The translations under genes were made by a program, and so were the position numbers. The notes beneath the pieces were generated by a model. It was not told the origin of the DNA. It saw only the letters and a program-made list of their open reading frames with translations, and did not search any database. From the NCBI RefSeq assembly GCF_009914755.1, contig NC_060935.1: a DNA stretch of 64,000 bases; one strand, written 5' to 3'. Shown here in pieces: positions 53,563-64,000 of this stretch. Each line of letters opens with the position of its first letter. The first letter of the stretch is position 1. The DNA is from the human T2T-CHM13v2.0 reference genome, Homo sapiens.

Positions 53563-55574
53563 TATTCAGCATTGTGGAAAATGCTTTGATGTATAAACTA
53601 GTCTGGAAAATATAGAAAGTTTTAACTTTCTTGATGTAATTTGAATTAGTTCTATGAATGATTCCTTTGCCTGATCTAAGGGAAAAATTGGTCTTTTTTA
53701 AAAAAATCACTTTTATTTATGCAGGTCATGTATGTCAGGGAAGGGGAGTGAATTTGAAATCAGAAAATCTGGATTTGAATCTCAGTTCTGCCACCTTTGT
53801 CTCATTGACCGTGACAAAGCTGCTTAATTAACGTCCTTGAGAGGTTTCTGTTTTCTGGTCTGTAAAAAGTAAATACTACAACCACACAGGGTTATTATAA
53901 GGCTTAAATAAGAATATGTGTGGAAACCCCTAGCACAGTACTTGGCACTTAATCCTTCAGTAAATGTTAATTTACTACTAGGGATGCTGGTTTTTTTTTT
54001 TTTTTTTTTACTTTTATGTATTGAGCTGTGCTGGGCCCTATACTGTAAAGCTCTTTTTTACCCTGTGAGTTGCATAGCCAACTGCCTGGTTTAAATTCTG
54101 CTCCCTCAGTTACTTAGCTATTTTTGACCTTGAGTAGAGCGTTTAGCTTTTCTGAGCCTCAGCTTCCATATTTGTAAGTGGAGATAATAATGGTAACAGC
54201 CTCAAAGGATTGTTGTAAGGTTTAAATAGGATAATCAATATTGTTTCATAGTGATATTTAAACAGTAAAATCAGATTAATGGGATAAGATTAGCATTTTT
54301 TTAAAGGAATAGAATAGATACTAGCATAATGAACCATTTGTTTCAGTTTTACATGTGTTTGATCATGAACTGGGGAGTGATGTAAAATGTATTTCTTACT
54401 GTGGATTGTACTAAAAGTTCCAAAGCTATTGGCTAGGTACTAATAGTCCATAGTATGTCATCAATAAATGTTAGTGACAATAGAAATATTTAATCCGTAA
54501 TGGAGATGTACTGTCAAAATAGATATATATTGGTTTAGGAATCCAGTCATACAAATATTTTATCACATTTGCTAGTGAAAAAGTACTTGTATTTTGTACT
54601 TTCTAAGAACTTAAACTGAGCTTTTGGTGACTAGGAGATTTGTCCTGAAATGCCGAGACCTGGGGTAGCATTTGGGGAGGATTACGATTTGCTGAGACCT
54701 GGGGTAGGATTGGCCTGGATTTCCATGGTGCTGCAATATCTGGCATATAGTAGGTTCATAAATATTTGTGCGATAAATGACTTTATTGTAGCCTCAATTC
54801 AGAATTTCTCAACTAGTCAATCTTTAACACCAATCTGATCAATTCATGGACTGAGATTTACTGTTCTGTTGCATTTCTTTCTCTAATACCTCTTTAAAGC
54901 CTCTTATATGTGTTTATCAGCTTAGATGACTTGATTATAGCATTTAGGATAATATAAAATAAGATGATAATTGTATAAGCTAAATACGAATGAAAGGAGG
55001 GAGAAAGATGGTCATTTGTGCAAATGTACCACCAGGCCAGTTTTCTTTTTGAGCTTGCCTGGATGTTTCACCTACTGAATCCCAGGCACAACAATATTCT
55101 TACATGTTTATTTTTCTGATGAGGTCAGAAGGGTTGTAAAATGCCTGCAGGATAGATGAAATTTTTCACTAAATACTTCAGTGTGAAAACATTTTGCATC
55201 ATAAATAGTATTCTGGAAAGGAGACAGGATTGGAAGTTAGTGGATCTGAGTTTGCATACTGGTATTCTACTACTTAGTAGCTGTGTGGCTTTGGGCAAGC
55301 ATCTTAAACTCTGTGCCTAAATTTCTTCTTTTTTAGTATGAGGATAATAGGAGCTATTTTGCAGAGTTGTGAGGATTAAATGAAATGATATGTGTAAACT
55401 GCTTATAGAAAGTAAATACCTAATAAATATTAGCTGTTATTATATGCAGTCATTCATTTTGTACCCCCTCATGGAGCACATACCACATATTTGTGCCAAG
55501 CACTCTGCCAGGTGCTAGGGATACAAAGATGAGTAAGACACAAACCTTTGTGAAATAATGTTAAGCTAAAGCTG

Positions 55575-55905
55575 TCCAGGTGCAGTCGCTCATGCCTGTA
55601 ATCCCAGCACTTTGGGAGGCCGAGGCAGGCAGATCACTTGAGGCCAGGAGTTCGAGACCAGCCTGGCCAACATGGTGAAACCCTGTCTCTGCTAAAAACA
55701 CACACACACAAATTAGCCAGGCATGGTGGCACATGCCTGTAATCCCGGCTGCTCAGGAGGCTGAGGCAGCAGGATCGCTTGAACCCAGGAGGTTGAGGCT
55801 GCAGTGAGCCGAGATGACACTACTGCAGTCCAGCCTGGATGACAGAGTGAGACCCTGTTTCAAAAAAAAAAAACCCAAAAAAACAAGAAACAAACAAAAA
55901 AAAAC
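55575..55905 (+). mobile_element. AluS/J
   Basis: Alu dimer with (CA)n in the mid linker. Confidence 0.85.
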
Positions 55906-56188
55906 CTGAAGCTGAGCCAGTTTATCCCAGATTGATAACTTAAATAAGGCTAGTATTAGATATTTTAATTTTAAAGTTCCCTAGTTTTTAGGCTAAGTAA
56001 AGATTCTGTTTGTATATCAGATTCAACTTACCCATTGAACTCTTTTGTGCTTATATTGTATACCTACCCTGGGGTACCTTGGACGTCTTTCTTGGTGACT
56101 TTATTAAGAGCAGTTTTGGTAATGTGGTAGGACAAAGAAAAGGTCCTAATAGAGTGGGTTAAGGTGAGAATTAGAAATGAGAAAGCAA

Positions 56189-56499
56189 GGCCGGGTGTAG
56201 TGGCTCATGCCTGTAATCCTAGCACTTTGGGATGCCGAGGTGGGCGGATCACTTGAGGTCAGGAGTTTGAGACCATCCTGGCTAACATGATGAAACCCCG
56301 TCTCTACTAAAAAATACAAACAAAATTAGCCAGGCATGGTGGCACATGCCTGTAATCGTAGCTACTTGAGAGACTGAGGTGGGAGGATTGCTTGAACCTG
56401 GGAGGCAGAGGTTGCAGTGAGCCGACAGAGGGAGACTCCATCTCAAGACTGGGTGACAGAGACTGGACGACAGAGTGAGACTCCATCTCAAACAAAAAA
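56189..56499 (+). mobile_element. AluS with duplicated 3' terminus
   Basis: Alu dimer; gacagag...gagactccatctcaa occurs twice. Confidence 0.85.
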
Positions 56500-59168
56500 T
56501 AAATGAGAAAGCAGAAACAGTGAATATAACATTTAGACAATTCTTTGGAGGAATTTGCAGTAATGGGGGCAGATAAATGGGTCAGTACCTACAGCTGGGA
56601 CAAGAGCCCAAGAATGTTTTCTTTTCAAGATAGATGATATCAAGTCATGTTTGTATTTTAGATTTGCATATTATCATAGTAGAGAGGAAGAAATTGATGG
56701 TGCTGGAGAGAATGGAGGAAATGGAATGAGCTAAGTCAATGAAGAGGTAAAGGAAGATGAGGTCTGAACACCTGTGGAGGTATTGATCTTATACATTAAT
56801 AGGGATGTTTCTCCCATTCTGATTACTTTGTACTCCCTCCTCTCTATTTTTGGACAATTTTTCTTTTTCTTTTTTTTGTTCTAGTCAAAGAGGAATATTT
56901 TTGGACAATTTTAATTGTTTGAAAGTTTTCTTTTTTAGTGAATCAAAATCTGCTTCCCTAGTTTCAGTATTCAAGTATTTAGAGACCATGATTACTTGTA
57001 AGTTTTTAGATTAAACTTGTCATATTCATCTCTCTGTTCTGTTTTTTTTTTCCTTCCCCAAGATTCTGGTCATACCATACTACTCAGAGTTCTTGGAATA
57101 TCGTAAGCTTTTTGAAGCCTTTCTGATATTCCTCACCAATGATTATTCTGCCTGGAATATTCTTCCCTCTTATCTACCTGGCAAATTTATACTCATCCTT
57201 CAAGACCCAAATGAAACATAAGTGCTCGGTAAAATGTTTTCTCACTCAAATGTGAGTTGATTATTCCTTCATTTTTGCCACCATTTGATCATGTGAATCC
57301 CTCATTTCACTGGATTAAAGTTATTTATTTATATGTCTGTCTCTGGCACTATACTGAGCTCTTTGAGGTCAGGGATTATGGCTTTATGTATTCAGCACTT
57401 AATATGTTATCTGGAATGTATTAGACGCTCAGTAAATATTTAATGAAGGAAAAATTCCTAAAAAGCTGGAAAGTTTTTCTTTATATGTCATGATTCCTTA
57501 ACCATTCTAGTCATCTTTAAATATGCCACTCAGAAAACCTGATACTTTATAGCCTGACCAGAGCCAAGTATAATATGACTTACTGTCTTCCCATCTGAGC
57601 ACTAAATTCTTATTAATGATGCCAAAAGTTGTATTGGCAGGCAAAACAAAAATTGCTCTTTTTTATTTTTTGCATGAACTTCCATTATGCCAGTCTTTTT
57701 CCTCACATGTATGTACAACTAAATTTTTAAGCCCAAAGACAACTGATGTTCAATTTTGGTGTTTATGGACTTATTTTCCCTTCCTTCTGTTTTGCCATTT
57801 CTCTTGTAATTTTCTAGTGTTTAGTTCTATAAAACTATTATAATGCAACCTCAAAAGATTGGACTCTATTAAAGTTGATGATAATGAGACTTTGACTTTA
57901 ATAAATTCACCTTTGCCTTAATTATAAAGAAAAACTTTACAAAATTCAGCTACCTTCAGAAAACGAATTCTTTAAAAGACCATAGTGCAAAATGATGCTG
58001 TCATGAATCTCATTGGTTCATTCAGCCAAAAAAAAAAAAAAAAAAAAAAAATTTAAGCCATTGTTTGACACTGAGACACATACCTAGAGATCATCCCTAA
58101 CTTCAAGTTAGGAAGTCAGAGGCAAAGTAAAGTAATTATAACACAAGTAGTAAATGTTACTGCAATTGAGATAAGTGCAGAATGCCATGAGGGCCTACAG
58201 GAAGCTAATGTAATTCTCTCTGGGTTAGTGGGAAAACTGCAAAGGAGAGAGCAGTGAACAGGGTTTTGAAGTATGAATAGCAAATCATAGTGAAAGGGGA
58301 AGAAAATCATTCTGGGAGGAGGAAGTGGCATATATAAAGTCCTAGTGGAGGCAGGATATGGCATATCTAGGAATAGGGAGATGTGTAAGGGCTGGGGAGA
58401 AAAGGATTATTGAAGGAATAGTAGAAGATTGGCTGAAGTGGCAGATTGGGTCCTGTTTACAAATCTTGGAGGCAGTGGGAAGCCAATAAAAGTTATTAAG
58501 TGGAAGGGTGGTAGGGTCAGTTCTCTTCATAAAGAAAGGGAAGCAATGTTAAAGATAGATGGAAAGACAGAGTCTAAGAGACAGGGAGGCCAGTTACTTA
58601 TCATTGAATGCCCACAATCTATACCAAGTAGGTATTGGAGGATTAGGTGAGATAAACAACTGTGTTGAGGTAAGTGCTACTCCCATTTTATGAATGAAGA
58701 AACAGGCTTAGCAAAGATAAATACTGGTAGGCACATAGTCACTAGGTGACTGCAGGTCTGTCTGGTTCCAAATCCTGCATTCTTTTTAATTCTGGTATCA
58801 TTCTACCTTGTGGACTAACAGGAATAATTCTTTGCCTCAAGCAGGGCAAAACTTAATTCCAAAGGATTTTGTATCATGGTGGTGGTAGATGTGGTAGTGA
58901 GGACAACCACATGGGCTTGGTCTGCCTAGGATAAAAGGCCATAAGGTCCAAAGCCTTCATCTTAGCAGCATTCCCATGTCTGTGTTTGATTCTGTGACCT
59001 CCTTTATCATGTGCCTCTTGCTGCTTTGACTGTGCTGATCCAGTGCGGATTACCTAACAACAAAGCCTTGTTGTTGGGGCCATTTCTGGATTCAACAAGA
59101 AACCTTATTCACTTTGACTCTACTCTTATACCTGCTTTTGCAAATCCTGTTGGTCTCGGTTGTCTTAA

Positions 59169-59443
59169 ATTTTTTTTTTTTTGAGACAGGGTCTTGCTCT
59201 TTTGCCCAGGTTGGAGTGCAGTGGCACAATCAAGGCTCACTGCAGCCTTGACCTTCCGCCTTAGCCTCCTGAGTAGCTGGGACTACAAATATGCACCACC
59301 ATGCTTGGCCAATTTTTAATTTTTTGTGCAGATGGAGTCTCATTATGTTGTCTGGGCTGGTCTCAAACGGCTAGTCTAAGAGATCCTCCTGCCTTGGCCT
59401 CCCAAAGTGATGGGATTACAGGCAGGAGCTACCACGTCCAGCC
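59169..59443 (-). mobile_element. AluJ-like
   Basis: Diverged dimer; tgtcttaa repeated at both ends. Confidence 0.82.
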
Positions 59444-60004
59444 TCAACTGTCTTAATTTGTCTTTCTCACTAATCCAGAGATTAGCAAACTACGGTCAGC
59501 AGGCCAGATGCAGCTTCATCTCATCTTGTGAAAGCATTGCTTCTCCTTCCCAGCCCTGTTCTCTTTCTCCTGTGGATTCTTAACTGCAGTGTGTGTTTGT
59601 AAGATTCATTTGGCAGTTGTTTATTCTGTGACATTGCATCTGTCATCGTCTCCCTAGTTATTTAAAACTATTTTTAAAGCTTTTTATGATTTAGTCTTAG
59701 CTAATAAACTGCATTATAAATGTTTTGGGGAAAGAGTTTTGTGCCTTTCTTTTTATATTTTCTCGTTCTGCAGTACCTCCCTTCTTCCTCATTGCTCATT
59801 CCCTCTTTAACCTACTAATCTCTGGTGACTGTTTCTATCATTCTTACACATTTACATATGATAACTTGATATGTTATCACGAATTTTTTTTCCATTTGTG
59901 AGTTCTACGATTATGTCACTGTTTCTTTTTCCAGTATGTTATTGCTGTTTCTGTGTTTAATGGTTTTTCTTGTTTGAGATTATAAGGTATACTTAATCTG
60001 GTGA

Positions 60005-60446
60005 TGTTGTGCCAAACCCCATCAGCTCCAGTGGGGATGGCACCAGGTTCAAGAGGCCAAAGAAGAGACTTAGCCAGTAAACGAGACATGGAGTTTTCCT
60101 GGGGGCTTTACATACAGGGAGAGACTCCAGTGGTGGCGGGCTGGGCGGGAGAACTGCCGCCACTTTCAAAAGGCCTGCAATTTCTATAGTATTTTTACGT
60201 AGCAGCCTTTATCTAACAACCGCCACCTGGCACCCTTCATTCAACTCAAAAGTCAGGACCTCTATGTCCCATATGGCCCATGTTCCACTGGACAGGGGCT
60301 CAGGTGTTCCTCATAGACAAGGAATGAATTTCTGAGTTGGCCACTCCCAGATTCCCTAGCTTGGAACACACATTCAGATGTGTCCACCATATCGGTTATT
60401 CTCAGGGTATGCTGAAGTTATTGCTATCAGGTGCATTTACCATACA
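60005..60446 (-). mobile_element. Solo LTR, ERVL class (LTR47-like)
   Basis: TG...CA termini and a perfect 5-bp TSD ggtga (60000-60004, 60447-60451). The minus-strand start tgtatggtaaatgcacctgatagcaataac resembles LTR47; the family name is from recall. Confidence 0.8.
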
Positions 60447-63400
60447 GGTGACTTGCATCTTTCACTAACTTAAGCAGTTTCCCATCTTATGAAAGCAATA
60501 CTGCGTATTATTAAAAGTATACAATTTTAGTGACTGAATAATAGTACAAGTGTATGGTCTGTCCATAATCAGCCTAACCATTTTCTCAGTATTGGACAGT
60601 TAAATTATTCTTGATTTTTATTTTGCAGTTGTTAACAATGTTGCAATGAAAATATTTTTATGTAAAAGTTTTGCGATATTTCAGATAACTGTCTTAGATC
60701 GATTCCTAGAAATTAAATTACTAGATCAGATGTTACATAGCATTTCATAAGTTCTTGTGTGGGCTGTGGCATTTCTGTTTGATTAGTACTTTGCCAAAGA
60801 ATAGTTTAAAAACACAGTAGTAGTAGTACTACTACTACCATAGTAGTAATCGGTGGTGTAAATTATGGAACCTAAGTGAGCAGCCTTAAAATTTGATACT
60901 AAATTTTATTAGCTCAGTTCAACTTTCTTTCTGTGTATTTCCTCTTGTTCCCAGGTAAACACTCTATATTGCCTGTTGTAAACTGTTACTTGTCTTAGGC
61001 AAGGGGGTAGGTGAAAATTGCATTTGTTTAAGACAGTCGGTACTTGGCTATCATCTATATTCTTGGAGAATCAGAAGGAGTAAACCAAAAAATAGTAGAT
61101 AAAATGGGAAACACTTTAGTTTGGTTTTATTTTTATTTTATTTTATTTTTTGGGGGGGTTCAATTCTAGCTGATTTGATTTTCTTCTCAAAAAAAAGTTA
61201 TTTACAATAGTTTGGTTTTAGAATACATTTGTGGTTCACTCCTGTATTTCTACCTTACTACTTTTAAATGGTGCATTTATTTTAAACATTAAAGTTTCTC
61301 CTTTCACTTACTTCATTTGACAGTGGTTGTTCAAGGTTTAGTGGATGGTATCAGCAGGTAAATTTGATTGGCTGCTTTTTTTTGGAGATGGGGTTTCCCT
61401 ACTTTGCCTGGGGTTGGCCTCAAACTTGCAGTCCTCCCACTCTAGCCTTCTGAGTAGCTGGGACTACAGGCATGTGCTATTGTGCCCGGCTAAGCAGGTA
61501 AATATGAGATTAATATGGATAATTGCCTTGTTTCTTGTGTATCTTTGCACTTAACATATGTTTCATTGTAAAAGATGTGCTTTGTTTCATTGCCTGCCTT
61601 TCGCTGTTGTGCACCTCCACCTCTTGCAGTACTTAGGTATTTAGTTTTATAACTCTTTTGACATTCTATAGTTGTTTCACCCAAGTATGTTTTTCCTTTC
61701 TTTGTAAGATTGTAAACTTATTTAGGACTTGAATCACCCATGTTCTGCTTTTTATTATGTCCCTTTCTTGACTCTCAAAGAATGCTCTCTACTTTTGTTT
61801 TCTTCCTCGCTGTTCATTCCCTCTTTACTCTCTTAATCTATGGTGACTACATCTTCAAATCTCATCTATCCAGCATTACTGCCCACACACCCTATTCCAG
61901 TCTATCTGACACAACATAGTCACTTCTGCCTTTGCTTGTGAAGTTTCCTTTGCCAGAAATGGCTTTTTCCTCACTAGTACTTGTTCTTAATGCCTAACAT
62001 AATTCACCTCCTCCAGGAAGCCTTGCCTTTAAGAATTCAGCCTCATTGATCCTTTTTCCTTTCCTCAGATTTACTTATGTATGCACGCTTGCCTTATGAT
62101 GTGCATCATTTCATACTTTAAAAAATGGTTTTAATTTTTGGCTTGTAGTTTCATCATGAAAATCTTATCTTCTCCACTGCTTATGAAATATGTAGATTTT
62201 GCTTCTGGCTATGATGAAGCAGATTGTAGCAGACAAAAACTCCTGTTGAGAATAACTAGAAAAGCTTGATTTAAAAAAATCTATATGAAGGCATTGTAAG
62301 TTGCCAAGGCAGCCAGGATTTCAGACATTTGTGGATTCTTGGCAAAATGAGAGTGCAGCTATTAAGAGGCAAAAACGTCAGTGGTGCTTTCTTCATGAGA
62401 CTGAGGATACAAAAATTGTAGTTCAGAGCTGCCAAGGCAACCAGAACCTGAGGGTCCAAGATCCCAAAGAGAAGAGATGTATAGCCTCTTGCCCTCTCCA
62501 CCTACTTCCCCGCTACCTAGCTCCCAGGGTGTTTGCTGATTGTTAACTGTGCGGGGTAAAAGGCTAAGAACCCTCACAGAAAGCTACTGAAAAGCAAGGC
62601 AGACTCTAACAGTTCTCCAGTGTTGAGGAGAAAAAGTTCATGATCTTTCAAGGAAGATAGGCTCGGGAAACACTGATCTCAGTTGGATCCTTGGAGGGCT
62701 ACAAACTAGGGGAGAATGAGCTGTAGAAGCTTTATACTGCAGCCGTCTTTGAGTCAGCTCATGTCATGTTTGGATTGTGAAGTGATCTGCCCCCTCATTC
62801 TAACTGCCTATCAGAGAAGATGGTGGATCCTCTGTAGGAATATAACATCACCCAGGGCCTTTATAGTTTTTCATACACAATGAATGACATTCTAACAAAA
62901 ACTACAGATAAACCCAGAGACCAGAAGAGGAATAAAACCAGACAGTACAGAAATAGATCCATGTGTGTCCCCATCATCTAATTAGTTAATCAATCTTTAT
63001 TTGAAGGACATTTAGGTTGTTCCCAGTCTTTAGTATGGCGAGTAATCAGCAGTGAACATTCTTGTATGTATATATTTGTACACATATATATCTTTAAGAT
63101 AAAGCATAGCTTTGCTAACTCTGGTCTTATGAAACTTTTTGTTCTTTACCAACTTGATACAAAAGTGTTTTGTTCTTAGTTTTTATTTTTCTATACTATG
63201 AACTGCCTATGCATGTCCTTTATCCATTGTTGTATGGGGTTGTTAGGCTCATACATATATATAAGGCATAGTGGGTAAGTGCACAGGCAGACCCTGGATC
63301 TAGATTGCTTGTGTTAAATCATAGCTCTTTCACTTACAGCAGTGGTAGCCTTAGCAAATGAAACTCTGTGTACCTCAGTTTCCTCATCTGTAAAATGTGG

Positions 63401-63830
63401 ATAACCATAGCACCTTCCCATAGAGTCATTATGAAGTTGAGTTAGTTAATATTCAGGGCATAGAAGTGGGCCTGGCATGCTACATAACTGCCAACCACTG
63501 TAATGATGCTACTGGTGGTGGTAGAGATGGAAATTAGCCTTTTATTATATGTGTGGCAAGTACTTTTTCCAAGTTCATCTTTTGGCTTTGTTTTATTATC
63601 TTACGCTTTGTACAAATTTAAACTGAGTTTTAAGGATGAGTTGTTTTTAGCTTCCTATGAAGCGGCTGGTGGAGAGTTAAGTGTGGAAAGTGAGGGCATT
63701 TCAGGCAGAGGCATAGAGGCAGAAATAGCATGGTTTAGGGCAAGAATCATAGTTGTTGATGGAATGTAAAATAGGCAGGGCATGAAGTGGTATGAAGATG
63801 AAGAGGTAGGCAGATCCACGTCATATAGAT

Positions 63831-64000
63831 CGGGGTCCCCAACCCCTGGGCTGCGGACTGGTACCAGTCCATGGCCTATTAGGAACACGGCCACACAGCA
63901 AATGAGTGGCAGCATTAGATTCTCATAGGAGCATGAACCCTATTGTGAACTGTGCATGCAAGGGATCTAGGTAGGCTGTGCTGTCCTATGACAAGCTAAT
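63831..64000 (+). mobile_element. MER1B (Charlie3-derived), cut by the window end
   Basis: cggggtccccaacccc...cattagattctcataggagc...tattgtgaactg matches the recalled MER1B, with an internal deletion. Confidence 0.8.

Noticed and set aside
54651-54707. 18-bp direct repeat tgcYgagacctggggtag at 39-bp spacing (repeat-spacer-like)
   Set aside because: Only two copies in a eukaryotic intron; a small local duplication, not a CRISPR array

Overview
Primate (almost certainly human, 11q13.4) genomic DNA, not microbial. Left part: the 5' end of CHRDL2 on the minus strand (coding exon 1 at 12325-12406, coding exon 2 at 234-346, CpG-island promoter) with the intronic MIR4696 hairpin. A roughly 17.5 kb intergenic spacer holds a strong CTCF motif and two ribosomal-protein retrocopies: a dead RPL36A copy and a full-length RPS12 copy with an intact ORF. 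RNF169 exon 1 (30396-30897, plus strand) is followed by a repeat-dense intron 1 that runs off the window. The most notable object is an antisense L1PA2/3 element retrotransposed from a spliced RNA (5'UTR intron removed, SpIRE 97/790 type). It sits in one unit of a 120-bp tandem duplication and was later interrupted by an AluYa5. Other retrotransposition traces include a probable cap-derived G, a short 3' transduction and an orphan 34-bp TPRT micro-insertion. I found no evidence for a new protein-coding system: the long unassigned ORFs are CpG-island, Alu or L1 artefacts. Gene and repeat names come from recall of consensus sequences, not from a database search, and repeat boundaries are approximate unless TSDs are given.
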